A stretch of 63,994 nucleotides of DNA, filler included, from Sandaracinaceae bacterium (GCA_947483975.1; 7 parts of 7 records of this genome joined end to end with filler, not necessarily neighbours in it); one strand, 5' to 3'; numbered from the whole stretch's first letter, positions 1-12,495 are shown. The notes: a model not told the origin generated them from the letters alone. Numbers and translations: made by a program.

Positions 1-537
1 GGCGCGCACGGCGTCGTCGGCGAGCGCGTGCGCCTCGGCAAGCTCGCCCGCGCTGGCGAGACAGTGGGCGAGCGACGCGGTGACTTCATCCTCGAGCGGC
101 TCGAGGCGATGCGCGCTGCGGAGGTGCGGGAGCGCCAGCGCGGGAGTCCCGAGGGCTACGTCGAGGAGGTGCCCGACGTTGTGGTGATACCAGGGGTTGC
201 GCGGCATGATCGCGAGGGCGCGACGGTAGTGCGTGACGGCCGCGCGGAAGTTGCCGAGCAGCGCGTGGCAGAGCCCGAGGAGCGCGTGCACGACGTCGTC
301 GTCAGCGCGAGCGCGCACCACTCGACGCAGATGCAGCGCGGCGCGCCATGGGTTCTCCTCGATGGAAAGCTCAGCGAGGTGCCGGTGCGCAAAGGTGGAG
401 TCTTCGCTCCCGTCGGGAGCGAGCGCGGCGAGGCGCTCGAGCACTGGGGCGAGTTCCTTGCGGGGACGCGCGCGACGCAACAAGGATTCTGCCTCGCTGC
501 GCAGCTGCTCGGTGCGCTCATCACCCTTGCGAGTCAT
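1..537 (-). CDS. TPR-repeat protein, 3' end runs off the window
   Basis: Translated by hand; absent from the ORF track because there is no stop. ATG at 537 gives MTRKGDERTEQLRSEAE...HALLGLCHALLGNFRAAVTHYRRALAIMPRNPWYHHNVGHLL, a typical TPR helix pattern. Confidence 0.75.
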   Translation of the reverse strand, partial: MTRKGDERTEQLRSEAESLLRRARPRKELAPVLERLAALAPDGSEDSTFAHRHLAELSIEENPWRAALHLRRVVRARADDDVVHALLGLCHALLGNFRAAVTHYRRALAIMPRNPWYHHNVGHLLDVALGTPALALPHLRSAHRLEPLEDEVTASLAHCLASAGELAEAHALADDAVRA

Positions 538-615
538 CTCTCGGCTCGTATAGCCCGCCCATTTTCGCGCGGCAAGACCGACAGACAGCGCGCGCGGGGC
601 TTGGGCGCGCGGGCC

Positions 616-1341
616 CTACGCGTCCTTGCGAGCGATTGCCACGACGAAGCCGCCGAGCCAGCGCAGCGGCGATCTCGACGCGAGCTTCTCCGCGTAAGCG
701 AGCCCGGCGCCGAGCCCCGGCACCTTGTGCACGAAGGCTGCTGGCGTGAGGACGCGAATGCCGCGCAGCTCCACGAGGCGCAGCCCGGGCGGCAGGATCT
801 TCGGCACGACCGTCGGTGGGTCCCAGCGGGTGTAGACGTCCGCCTCCGTGCGGCCGTCGGAAATGCGCTGAGGGCCTGCGAGGCGCTTGGCGAGGTAGCG
901 CAAGCTCCACGGGTTGTAGAGTTCGATCGCGATGTGCCCGCCGACGCGCGTGACGCGAGCCATCTCGGCGACGGCTTTCCCTAGCTCGGGAATGTGCGCG
1001 AGCACCTTGAAGCTGCACGTGAGGTCGAACGACTCGTCCGCGAACGGCAGCGCCGTGGCGCTACCGAGCACGACGTCGAGCCCACGGCTTCGCGCGCGCC
1101 GGACCATGCCGGGGCTCACGTCGAGGCCGCGCGCCGAACGCGCGGTCTCCTTCAGGCGAGAGAGGACGAGCCCCGTGCCGCAGCCCACCTCGAGCACGCG
1201 CAGGTGTTTCGCGTACTCGGCGACGGCGTCGATCTCGAGGTCGTCGAGCATCGCGTGGTAGCCGCGCCCTCGCTCGCGCTCGTACCAGCCGCTGAAGTCA
1301 TCGTAATACGCGCGGTTTTCAGAATCGGCGATCTTCGCCAT
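616..1341 (-). CDS. Class I SAM-dependent methyltransferase
   Basis: Motif I VLEVGCGTG, GLDVSPGM, and ALPFADESFDL of the Methyltransf_11 type. Confidence 0.9.
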   Translation of the reverse strand: MAKIADSENRAYYDDFSGWYERERGRGYHAMLDDLEIDAVAEYAKHLRVLEVGCGTGLVLSRLKETARSARGLDVSPGMVRRARSRGLDVVLGSATALPFADESFDLTCSFKVLAHIPELGKAVAEMARVTRVGGHIAIELYNPWSLRYLAKRLAGPQRISDGRTEADVYTRWDPPTVVPKILPPGLRLVELRGIRVLTPAAFVHKVPGLGAGLAYAEKLASRSPLRWLGGFVVAIARKDA

Positions 1342-1400
1342 AGGCGCGTGCCACTAGCCTCGCGCGCGCCGCGGCGCAAGCAGATGACCGCCGTGCGGGG

Positions 1401-2519
1401 TCATCGAGTCGAGCGGGCCAGCCCGTCGTAGACGTCCTCGTACTGCGCGGCCATCGGACGCGGCGTGTGACGGGCGAGCACCGCCTCGCGAGCGCGGGCT
1501 CCGAAGGACGCGCGCAACGCCGCGTCGTCGAGCAGTCGGTCGAGCGCGTCCGCGAGCGAGTCGGTGTTCGGCTCGACGGCGACGGCCGCGTCATCCTCGG
1601 CAAGCTCTTCCGCGGGTGTTCCCCGGACGACGACCACCGGACGCGCGAGGCTCATCGCCTCGAGCAACACGAGCGGGTGATCCATCTTCGCGTAGAGGTC
1701 CGTCGAGGGCAGCACCACGACGTCCGCCGCGGCGAGCAGCGCGTGGATGGCCCGCGTCTCGCCCACCCACCGCGTACGCGCCTCGAGCCCCGCTGCGCGA
1801 ACGCGCTCGCGCAGGCGAAGCTCGGCGTCGCGCGCGCCTGCCGTCTTCGTGCGGCAAGCGAGCACGATCCACACGTCGCGCCGCTGCAGCGCGGCGACGG
1901 CATCCACCGTGCGCTCGGCGCCGTCGCCGAGTTCGAGGTCCCCCGGATAGAGCACGACGGGCGCTCCGGACGGCCAGCCGTACTCGCCGCGCGTCGCGGC
2001 GCGCGCGGACTCGCTCGCGGGCTCGAGCGGCACGATGCACGGTGCGATGCGCACGAGACGATCACGCGCGACGCCCTCCGCGAGAAAGCGCTCCTCGGTG
2101 TGCCGTGAGAGCACGATGTTGACGTCAGCGAAGAGCACCTCGCGGAGGGGCACGCCTCGCAGCGGCGCGCTCGCGATCGTGTGCACGGTGGGCACGCGGC
2201 GCGCGCGCGAGGTGACTCGACCGACCGACGAGGACCGCGGGTTCGGCGCGAAGAAGAAGTGCCAGAGGTCGACGCGACGCCCCGTCATCAACCGCAGGGC
2301 GACGCGAGCGTTGTCGACGAGCGCAGGCGAGAACCCGCCCGAGGTGCGCGCGTACGGAGTCTCGAGGCGCGCGCCCGGCAGACCGGGGTCGGCGCCGGGC
2401 CGCGTCAGGACCGTCGGCGCGTAGCGGGACAGGGCTCCCGCGAGGTCTCGGACGAGGTTCTTGCCGCTGTCGTTCCACGGCGGAGCGACAGGCTTCGAGA
2501 CGAGTAAGACTTCGCGCAT
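1401..2519 (-). CDS. GT4-family (GT-B) glycosyltransferase
   Basis: Start placed at MREVLLVSKP; C-terminal ADVVVLPS...PLVLLEAMSLARPVV motif. Confidence 0.85.
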   Translation of the reverse strand: MREVLLVSKPVAPPWNDSGKNLVRDLAGALSRYAPTVLTRPGADPGLPGARLETPYARTSGGFSPALVDNARVALRLMTGRRVDLWHFFFAPNPRSSSVGRVTSRARRVPTVHTIASAPLRGVPLREVLFADVNIVLSRHTEERFLAEGVARDRLVRIAPCIVPLEPASESARAATRGEYGWPSGAPVVLYPGDLELGDGAERTVDAVAALQRRDVWIVLACRTKTAGARDAELRLRERVRAAGLEARTRWVGETRAIHALLAAADVVVLPSTDLYAKMDHPLVLLEAMSLARPVVVVRGTPAEELAEDDAAVAVEPNTDSLADALDRLLDDAALRASFGARAREAVLARHTPRPMAAQYEDVYDGLARSTR

Positions 2520-2545
2520 GGGGCGCGCAGTCTCGCACACACGAC

Positions 2546-5500
2546 TCAGGGCGTCGTGGTCGCTCCAGCGCCCGTCGTAAGCGTGTTGAGCACGGTGACG
2601 GCGCACGAATCGACGCCGGTCCACCGCACGTCCGCGACGCGCCAGAAGTCGTTGCCGGTGCTGCCGCTCGCGCTCGCGCCGTTCAGCAAGCGGGAGCTGA
2701 TGTAGACGGGCGTCGTCGCGATGTCGCCGCAGTAGATGCGGACGGTCGCGGTGGTCGGCCCGGTGCCGTGATCCGAGTAGAAGTGGACGCCGACGCGGTA
2801 CGTGGCGCTCATCACCGGAGCGTCGATGTTGATGTTCTCCGGGCCATAGCCATCGGTGTCGTCGATGTCGAGGCGCGGGTCATCCGGCGTACCCGCGACG
2901 TCCCACGCGGGCGTCCGGTTCGAGTAGTAGCAATCGTTCGGCGCGCTGAACCAGCCCGTGCCGCCGGCCATCCGGAGGAAGTGCGTGTCGATGTCGCTGC
3001 TGCCGGTGGTCCACTGCACCTCGACGCGAATGCCGTCGCCGCGCGCGGTCACCGTCGTGGTGCAGGTGGCCGTGAGGCCGCTGTTGTCGCGGACCACGAG
3101 CTGCACGGTGTAGACGCCGACGAGGTTCGGCGTGAACTGCGTCGTCGCAGAGTTCGGCGCAGAGAACGTGCCCGTCGCGCCCACTGGCGCAGAGAGCAGC
3201 GTCCACTGGTAGGTCGCGATGAAGCCGTCCGGGTCGCTCGCCGTCGCCGTCAGCGTGACTGCGACGAGCGGGCGCGTCACGGCGGGCGGGGGACACACGA
3301 CACCGGGGTTCACCGGGCAGGCGCCCTCGTCCACGCTGCCGTCGCAGTTCTGGTCGGTGCCATCACACGTCTCGGCCGTCGGCAGGCGCTCGCCGGCGCA
3401 GGTGCCCCACCCCGCGACGCCTCCGCTGAACGAGCAGACCTGTGAACCATCACGGCAAACGCCGATTCCGCGCGTCGCGGGAGAACCGGAATAGCAGGCA
3501 CGAACGTCACCGCTGCTGCAGGCGCACGTCTCGTCGGGGATCCCGTTGCAGTTGTCGTCGGCTCCGTTGCAGAGCTCCGCCACCGGGCCCGTCCAGCCGA
3601 CGCAGGTGCCCCAAGCCGAGCCGACTCCGCCCGCGCCCGCGACGCAAAGCTGCGACCCGTCGCGGCAGAGACCGACGCCGCGCGTGATCGCCGTACCGTC
3701 GTAGCAGGCCCTGCTGCTGCCGGGCACGCACGCACAGCCGTCGTCGACGAGGCCGTCGCAGTCGTCGTCGACGCCGTTGCACGCCTCGGCGCCGGGCAAC
3801 ACCACGCCGCTGCACGCGCCCCAAGCGCTCGTCGTGCCGTCGGGCGCGAGGTCGCACGTCTGCGTGCCCGCGCGGCAAATGCCCATCCCCTCGGTGCCAG
3901 CGGCGCCGGTGTAGCAGGCGCGCGTCGTGCGCGGCGGGCACGAGCAGCCCTCGTCGGTCGCGCCGTCGCAGTCATCGTCGACGCCGTTGCAGAGTTCGAT
4001 GACGGGCAAGGTGCCGCCCGCGCACGCCGCCCAGCTCGCACCGCCGCCGCTCGTCACGCACGACTGCGCCCCGTCGCGGCAAGCGCCGACCCCGCGCGTC
4101 GCGGGCGGCCCCGCGTAGCAAGTGCGCGCTGCGCCGGGAGCGCAGTCGCAGCCCTCGTCGTTGAGGCCGTCGCAGTCGTCGTCGACGCCGTTGCACGACT
4201 CGATCGCCGGCAGCAGCGCGCCGCTGCAGGTGCTCCAGCTCGCCGTGCCGTCGGGGCGCAGGTCGCAGGTCTGAGCGCCCGCGCGACAGATGCCGATGCC
4301 GTCGGTGCCCGCAGGCCCCGTGTAGCAACCGCGCGTCGCGCCGGGCACGCAATCGCAGCCCTCGTCCGCGGTGCCGTCGCAGTCGTTGTCCAGGCCATCG
4401 CAGCTCTCGGCCGCGGGCAGGATGCTCCCGCCGCAAGTGCCCCAGTCGGAGCCGACGCCACCGCCGCCGACGACGCACGCCTGCGCGCCATCGCGGCAAA
4501 TGCCGACGCCGCGCGTGTCCGCCGGTCCGGAGTAGCAACCGCGGCTCGCGCCCGCCGCGCAGAGGCACGCGTCGTCGATGACGCCGTCACAGTCGCCGTC
4601 CGTCCCGTCGAAGCAGACCTCGGCGCCGGGGAGCACCTCGGCGGCACAGGTGCCCCACGAGGGCGTTCCGTCCACGGCGCGCGCGCACGTCTGGGTGCCC
4701 GCATGGCAGGCGCCGTAGCCGACCGTGCCGGCCGGCCCCGAGTAGCAGGCGCGAGTGTCGCCCTCGGTGCAGGTGCAGCCCTCGTCGAGCAGCGCGTCGC
4801 AGTCGTCGTCCGTGCCGTTGCAGAGCTCTTCGCTCGGCAAACGCTCGCCGGAGCACGGGCCCCAATCGCTGCCTGCGCCGCCCGCGAGCAGCTCGCACGT
4901 CTCTACGCCGTCGCGACAGAGACCGACGCCGCGCGAGACCACTGCGCCGCTGAAGCACGCCCGCGTCGAACCGGGCGCGCAGAGGCAGTCTTCGTCGCTC
5001 GTCCCGTCGCAGTCGTCGTCGATGCCATTGCACACGTCGGAGCGCGGGAGCGTCGCGCCGACGCACGCGCCCCAGGTCGCACCGCCGGAGCTGTCGGGCG
5101 TGCAGTACTGCGCGCCAGCGACGCAGAGGCCGACGCCCTCGGTGCCCCCAGGCCCGGTGTAGCAGGGGCGCGAGGTCCCATCCGAGCAGCCGCAGCCCTC
5201 ATCGATCGCGCCGTTGCAGTCGTCGTCGAGGCCATTGCAGATCTCGAGGCCCGGCGTGGTCGAACCGCCGCACGAGGGCTCCCACGCCGTGCCGATGCCA
5301 CCGACGCCGCCGACGCAGTGTTCGAAGCCGCGACCGCAGATTCCGACGCCCTCGGTGCCGACGGGGCCGTCGTAGCAGGGGCGCGTAGTGCCAGCAGCGC
5401 AGTCACAACCGTCGTCGACGACGCCGTCGCAGTTGTCGTCGAGGCCGTTGCACGCCTCGCCCGCGGGAGGCTCCGCGCCCGTGCACGCGCCCCAGGCTCC

Positions 5501-5866
5501 GAACTCCGTGCCGGTGTCGAGGCAAGTCTGGCGTCCGAGGAGACAGACGCCGACTCCAGCGAGCGCGGCGGGGCCCGGGTAGCACGACTGCTCGACTCCG
5601 ACGGAGCACCCACAGCCCTCGTCGACTCGACCGTCGCCATCGTCATCGACGCCGTTGCAGACTTCGGTGCTCGGACCGCCGTCGACGTCGGCGTCGCCGC
5701 CGTCCGGGTCGACGCTCGCATCGCCGAGGCCCTGATCATCGGCGACTCGACCCCCGTCGCGGGTGCGGCCGACGGTCACTCCGGCCCCGCAATCACAGGC
5801 GGAAACCGCGACAGTCAGCACCGCGACACATGACCAGACCACTGCCGAGCGCCAAGGATGAAGCAT
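2546..5866 (-). CDS. Large Cys/Asp-rich repeat lipoprotein with C-terminal PKD-like and YfaP/DUF2135-like domains
   Basis: Lipobox VSAC. Twelve E-x-C-(N/D)-G-x-D-D-x-C-D-G-type motifs (MopE-like putative metal-binding) in ~70-aa repeats. Then ASDPDG..YQWTLLSAP..GVYTVQLVVRD (PKD-like) and QWTTGSSDIDTH..LDIDDTDGYGPENI (YfaP-like). Confidence 0.8.
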   Translation of the reverse strand: MLHPWRSAVVWSCVAVLTVAVSACDCGAGVTVGRTRDGGRVADDQGLGDASVDPDGGDADVDGGPSTEVCNGVDDDGDGRVDEGCGCSVGVEQSCYPGPAALAGVGVCLLGRQTCLDTGTEFGAWGACTGAEPPAGEACNGLDDNCDGVVDDGCDCAAGTTRPCYDGPVGTEGVGICGRGFEHCVGGVGGIGTAWEPSCGGSTTPGLEICNGLDDDCNGAIDEGCGCSDGTSRPCYTGPGGTEGVGLCVAGAQYCTPDSSGGATWGACVGATLPRSDVCNGIDDDCDGTSDEDCLCAPGSTRACFSGAVVSRGVGLCRDGVETCELLAGGAGSDWGPCSGERLPSEELCNGTDDDCDALLDEGCTCTEGDTRACYSGPAGTVGYGACHAGTQTCARAVDGTPSWGTCAAEVLPGAEVCFDGTDGDCDGVIDDACLCAAGASRGCYSGPADTRGVGICRDGAQACVVGGGGVGSDWGTCGGSILPAAESCDGLDNDCDGTADEGCDCVPGATRGCYTGPAGTDGIGICRAGAQTCDLRPDGTASWSTCSGALLPAIESCNGVDDDCDGLNDEGCDCAPGAARTCYAGPPATRGVGACRDGAQSCVTSGGGASWAACAGGTLPVIELCNGVDDDCDGATDEGCSCPPRTTRACYTGAAGTEGMGICRAGTQTCDLAPDGTTSAWGACSGVVLPGAEACNGVDDDCDGLVDDGCACVPGSSRACYDGTAITRGVGLCRDGSQLCVAGAGGVGSAWGTCVGWTGPVAELCNGADDNCNGIPDETCACSSGDVRACYSGSPATRGIGVCRDGSQVCSFSGGVAGWGTCAGERLPTAETCDGTDQNCDGSVDEGACPVNPGVVCPPPAVTRPLVAVTLTATASDPDGFIATYQWTLLSAPVGATGTFSAPNSATTQFTPNLVGVYTVQLVVRDNSGLTATCTTTVTARGDGIRVEVQWTTGSSDIDTHFLRMAGGTGWFSAPNDCYYSNRTPAWDVAGTPDDPRLDIDDTDGYGPENINIDAPVMSATYRVGVHFYSDHGTGPTTATVRIYCGDIATTPVYISSRLLNGASASGSTGNDFWRVADVRWTGVDSCAVTVLNTLTTGAGATTTP

Positions 5867-5989
5867 TGCGAAGTCTCCCGCGCGATCGTGGGAATGGCCG
5901 CCCGCGCATTTTCGACGGTATCAGTCGAAGGGCAATCGGCGAAGGGGGGAGTTGGATCTTTGCGGCACGTTTCGCGTACTATCGGACGG

Positions 5990-8900
5990 ATGAACGCTGC
6001 TGTCCGCGCGCTCCCCGGTTCCTTCCTTGTTCGCCTGATGGTCGTCTCCGCGCTGCTCGCCATGGCCGCCCTCTCGGGCTGCGCCAGCGGTGCAGAGCCC
6101 AACACGGACGCTTCTCCACCACCCCGCGACGCGAGCCTGGACGGCGGCAGCGGCGGCGGAGATGGGGACGTCGATGCGCCACTTCGCACGTGCGCGAGCG
6201 ACCCGGACTGCGACGACGGCGACGCCTGCAACGGCCTCGAGGTGTGCGTCGAGCACGCCTGCGCGACGGGTACGGCGGTGGACTGCAACGACGCGGTCGC
6301 GTGCACGACGGACAGCTGCGACTCTGCCTCCGGCGCGTGCAACCACGCGCCCGACGACGCGCACTGCAGCGCCGGACTCGTCTGCGATCCGGTCGACGAC
6401 TGCACCGCGCCGCTCGCGTGCGCGGTCGACGCGGACTGCGACGATCACGTCTTCTGCAACGGTGTCGAGACGTGCGAGCCGGCGTTCGGCTGCCGCCGCG
6501 GGACCACGCCCGCCTGCGACGACCTGCTCGGCTGCACGGTGGACACCTGCGACGCGACCGCGGACGCCTGCGCGCACACCAACGACAGCGCGCGGTGCGA
6601 CGACTCGCTCGCGTGCAACGGCGTCGAGGCGTGTGACCCGGCGAACCCCATCGCCGACGGCGATGGCTGCGTGTTCGGCGCCTCGCCTGTCTGCGACGAT
6701 GGCATCCCGTGCACCGTCGACGGGTGTAGCGAGGCCGCGGGCGGCTGTGCGGTGACGACGGATGACACCGTCTGCTCGGATGGCGTGTTCTGCAATGGCG
6801 TGGAGCGCTGCGATGCCACCGCGGGCTGCGGCGCCGGCGTGGCGCCGACGTGCGCTGACGCCATCGGCTGCACGAACGGTCGCTGCGACGCGACCACGGA
6901 CGCGTGCGTCCAGGACCCCGACAACGCGTTCTGTCAGGACGGGCTGGTCTGCAACGGCGTCGAACACTGCGACGTGACGGGGACCACTCCCGGTCGCGGT
7001 TGCGCCGCGGGCGCGCCGATGGACTGCAGCGACGGGCTCACGTGCACCACGGATAGCTGCGCGGAGCCGGGCACGTGCGCGCACGGCGGCTCGGACGCGG
7101 ACGGGGACGGCTTCCAGGCGGTGGGCTGCGCGACGGGGGCAGACTGCAACGATCTCGTCGCGGCGATTCACCCCGGCGCGGCCGAGCTCTGCGACGGTCT
7201 CGACAACGACTGCACGGGGGTCACGGACGACGGCGCCGGGATGCAGTGCGCCCTCGGCTCAGGAGCGCGCGTGTGCACGACGGCGTGCGGCAGCGCGGGC
7301 ACGCAGGCGTGCAACGGCGCGTGCCGCCTCGGCCCGTGCGTGGCCGCCACGGAGACGTGCAACGACTGCGACGACGACGGCAACGGCGCGATCGACGACG
7401 GGCTGGCCTGCCGCCGCGGCACGAGCGCCAGCTGCTCGACGAGCTGCGGCACCGCCGGCTCGCGCACCTGCGCGGCCGACTGCTCCGGCTTCAGCGCCTG
7501 CGTCGCGCCGGTAGAGACCTGCAACGACTGCGACGACAACGGCAACGGCCTCGTGGACGACGGGCTGGCCTGCCGCCGCGGCACGGGCGCGAGCTGCACG
7601 ACGAGCTGCGGGACGACCGGCTCGCACATCTGCTCGGTCGACTGCTCGGGCTATGGCACCTGCCGCGCCGCGACGGAGACGTGCAACGGCTGCGACGACG
7701 ACGCCGACGGGACGATCGACAACGGCTTCGCGTGCCGCCTCGGTCAGACGACGGCGTGCACGACCCTCTGCGGCACGGCCGGAGTGCGCACCTGCGCGGG
7801 CGACTGCTCGGGCTACGGCGCCTGCGTCGCGACGGAGGTCTGCAACGGCTGCGACGACAACGGCAACGGCACGATCGATGAGGGCTTCACGTGTGCGGCG
7901 GGCGCCGCGCGTGGCTGCAGCACGGCCTGCGGGACCACCGGAACGCAAGCGTGTACGGCGTCGTGTGGGGGCTACGGCAGCTGCACCGCGGCCGAGGCTT
8001 GCAACAACTGCGACGACGATGCCGACGGCAGCATCGATGAGGACTTCGCCTGCCGACAGGGCGCGACCACGGCGTGTACGGTCTGCGGAAACGCGGGCGT
8101 TCGCACGTGCACGGCGACCTGCTCCGGCTTTGGCTCGTGTACCGCGACCGAGGTCTGCAACGGCTGCGACGACAACGCGAACGGCGTCATCGACGACGGC
8201 TTCGCGTGCGCGAGCGGCACCTCGCGCAGCTGCGCCACGGCGTGCGGCACGACGGGCACGCAGGCTTGCAACGCGACCTGCGGCGGCTACGCGACCTGCA
8301 GCGCGACCGAGGTCTGCAACGGCTGTGACGACAACGGGAACGGCACCGCGGACGACGGCTTTGCGTGCCGACAAGGCGCGACGAACGTCTGCACGACGGC
8401 CTGCGGCAGCCCCGGCAACCAGACCTGCAACGGCACCTGCAGCGCGGTCGGCGCCTGCACCGGCGCAGAGGTCTGCAACGGCTGCGACGACAACGGCGTC
8501 GGCGGCGCGGATGAGACCTTCACCTGCGTCCTCGGCGCGACGACCGCGTGCACGACCGCGTGCGGCATTGCGGGCACGCACACCTGCAACGGCGCGTGCA
8601 GCGGCTACACGGCAGCGTGCGTGGCCGCGGCGGAAGTCTGCGGCAACGGCTGCGACGACAACGGCAACGGGAGCATCGACGAGGGCTGCGTCGTTGGGCC
8701 GGGCGAGGTGACCTTCACGACGGTCGGCGCAAACACCTTCACGGTGCCGGCGGGCGTGACCCAGGTCAGCGTCGTCGTGGTCGGCGGCGGAGGCTCCGGC
8801 CCGGCCGGCTCGAGCAATACGGGCGGCGGGGGCGGCGGCGGCCTCTGCTATCTCAACAGCATCAGCGTCGTCCCGGGCGCGTCGATCAGCGTGATCGTGG

Positions 8901-9159
8901 GCGCGGCGGGCGGCTCAGGGACCGCCGGTGGAGCGTCGAGCTTCAACGGGACGCTGATCGCGGCGGGTGGCTCGGGCACGACGACCGCGACGGGCGCCGC
9001 GGGCGGCGGAGGCAGCGGTGGGACGTGCTTCACGGGCGGGGCTGGAGGTAGCTTCGTCGGCGGCGGGGCTCCCTATCACGCGGGCGCGGGCGGCGCGGCC
9101 GGGTACACCGGCAACGGAGGCCGCGGAGGCGATGCGTCGGGCTCGTCGTGCCCGGTCAA
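5990..9159 (+). CDS. Large Cys-rich repeat lipoprotein with C-terminal glycine-rich domain, truncated at contig end
   Basis: Start MNAAVR..., lipobox LSGC. CDDGxxCTxDxC and CNGVExC repeats, one canonical MopE-like motif, nine ~53-aa ExCNxCDDxxxG repeats, then TFTVPAGVTQVSVVVVGGGGSG glycine-rich domain. Confidence 0.8.
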
Positions 9160-9259
9160 NNNNNNNNNNNNNNNNNNNNNNNNNNNNNNNNNNNNNNNNN
9201 NNNTTAATTAATTAANNNNNNNNNNNNNNNNNNNNNNNNNNNNNNNNNNNNNNNNNNNN
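9160..9259. other. Artificial contig linker
   Basis: 44 N + TTAATTAATTAA (stop codons in all six frames) + 44 N. Confidence 0.99.
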
Positions 9260-9676
9260 CGAGTGCAGCACCGCGAGATGGCTGCGTGCGCCGCGGAGCG
9301 AGCCGGCGACGAGCGCGCACGGCAGCGCCCAGTGGCTGACGACCGCGTCCCAGCGCTGCATGCCGCGCGCGGCCGCGCTGAGGAGCGCCAGCGAGAAGGG
9401 CGCGAGGCCGAGCCAGGCGCGCGGATCGTGCTGCAGGTTGTCCGGCACGCCCGCGCCGTAGAACGTGCGCTCGAGCGCGCGGGGCCGCAGATACGGCACC
9501 CAGCGCACCTCGATGCCGGGCCAGCTTGGAGCGACGCCGCCCTCGGCAGGCTCCGGCGCGAGCACCTCGACGGCGTGCCCGCGCGTCACCAGCGCTTGCG
9601 CGAAGCCGAGCACGAAGGCGCCGGCCACGTCGCGCTCCGAGCGCGGAAAGCTCGTCGTCAGGAGGCCGAGGCGCAT
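9260..9676 (-). CDS. GT4 glycosyltransferase, N-terminal part, truncated by contig end
   Basis: MRLGLLTTSFPR...GAFV...RGHAVEVLAP...SHWALP is a typical GT4 N-domain. Confidence 0.8.
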
Positions 9677-9691
9677 GCGACGCTCGACGCG

Positions 9692-10468
9692 CTAGCGCCC
9701 GCGCTCGTCGGGCGCGATGGCGCGCAGCTCGGGCGCTTCGAGCGGACGCGCCGAGAAGAGCGCGCGCCCGCGGCGTCCGACGACCCGCGCGAGGACCCAC
9801 GGCACCACGAAGAGCGCGTGGCGGAGCCCGATGCCGCTCGCCTCGTCGGCGTACACCGGCCGCACCGGCACATCGCGCACCCGCAGCCCAGCGGCCGCCG
9901 CGCGCCCGAGCAGATCGTTGGGGTAGCCGTAGCGCGGCCAGAGCGCCGGCGTCGCGAGGTGCGCCTCCGCGCGCCGGGAGAGCGCGGTGTAGCCGCACTG
10001 CGAGTCGCGCACCGGCAGGCCCGTCGCGAGGCGCGTGAGCGCGCTCAGCAGATGATTCCCGACGAAGCGCGTCAGCGGCATCTGCGCGCTCGCCCGCGGG
10101 TACGAGAGCCGGTCGCCCTTGGCGTAGTCCGCTTCGCCGCGCACGATCGGCCCGAGGAGCGCGGGCAGATCGGACGGGTCCATCTGCGCGTCGCCCGCCA
10201 TCACCACGGCGACGTCCGCGCCCGCGTCGAACGCCGCGCGATAGCCGCTCGCGATCGCCGCGCCGACGCCGCGGTTCGTCGCGTGCTCGATCACCACGAC
10301 GCGCGGGTCGTGGGCGCTGCGCGCGCGCTCGGCGGTGTCGTCTCGGCTCCCGTCGTCGACGACGACGATCTGATCGACGAACGCCGGTACGCGCCCGAGC
10401 GTGCGCCCAATCAGGCGCGCTTCGTTGAACGCGGGCACCACGACCGCGACGCGAGTCCCGTCGAACAT
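9692..10468 (-). CDS. GT2 glycosyltransferase (polyprenol-phosphate glycosyltransferase-like)
   Basis: VVVPAFNE, VVVDDGSRD, NRGVGAA and DSQCGY motifs; the DxD position reads AGDAQ. Confidence 0.9.
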   Translation of the reverse strand: MFDGTRVAVVVPAFNEARLIGRTLGRVPAFVDQIVVVDDGSRDDTAERARSAHDPRVVVIEHATNRGVGAAIASGYRAAFDAGADVAVVMAGDAQMDPSDLPALLGPIVRGEADYAKGDRLSYPRASAQMPLTRFVGNHLLSALTRLATGLPVRDSQCGYTALSRRAEAHLATPALWPRYGYPNDLLGRAAAAGLRVRDVPVRPVYADEASGIGLRHALFVVPWVLARVVGRRGRALFSARPLEAPELRAIAPDERGR

Positions 10469-10491
10469 CCGCGCGATGCGTATCAGACGGG

Positions 10492-10526
10492 CGCGCTCGG
10501 TGCCACCGCGCTCGGTGCCACCGCGC
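10492..10526. repeat. 15-bp tandem duplication between glmS and the GT2 gene
   Basis: CGCGCTCGGTGCCAC x2 plus a partial third copy. Confidence 0.8.
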
Positions 10527-10540
10527 CCTACGCCGCGCGC

Positions 10541-12373
<1,833 letters not shown>

Positions 12374-12495
12374 GGACGAGACTCCTGCGGCCCCGAGTCG
12401 CGGGAGAGGGGCCGGTTGAACGGGACGCGGACGCTAGCACGCTGGTTGCGCGGCAGCCGACGAGCGTTCGCCCGGCCCGAGGTGCTGCGCGGACG

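Noticed and set aside
10489..10521. TGGCAC in the 15-bp duplication as a sigma54 promoter for the GT2 gene
   Set aside because: The -12 region reads GCGC rather than TTGC/TGC, a likely chance match in GC-rich DNA.
12374..12495. Possible glmS ribozyme upstream of glmS
   Set aside because: The spacer is only about 120 bp and I see no recognisable ribozyme core; an Rfam scan would settle it.
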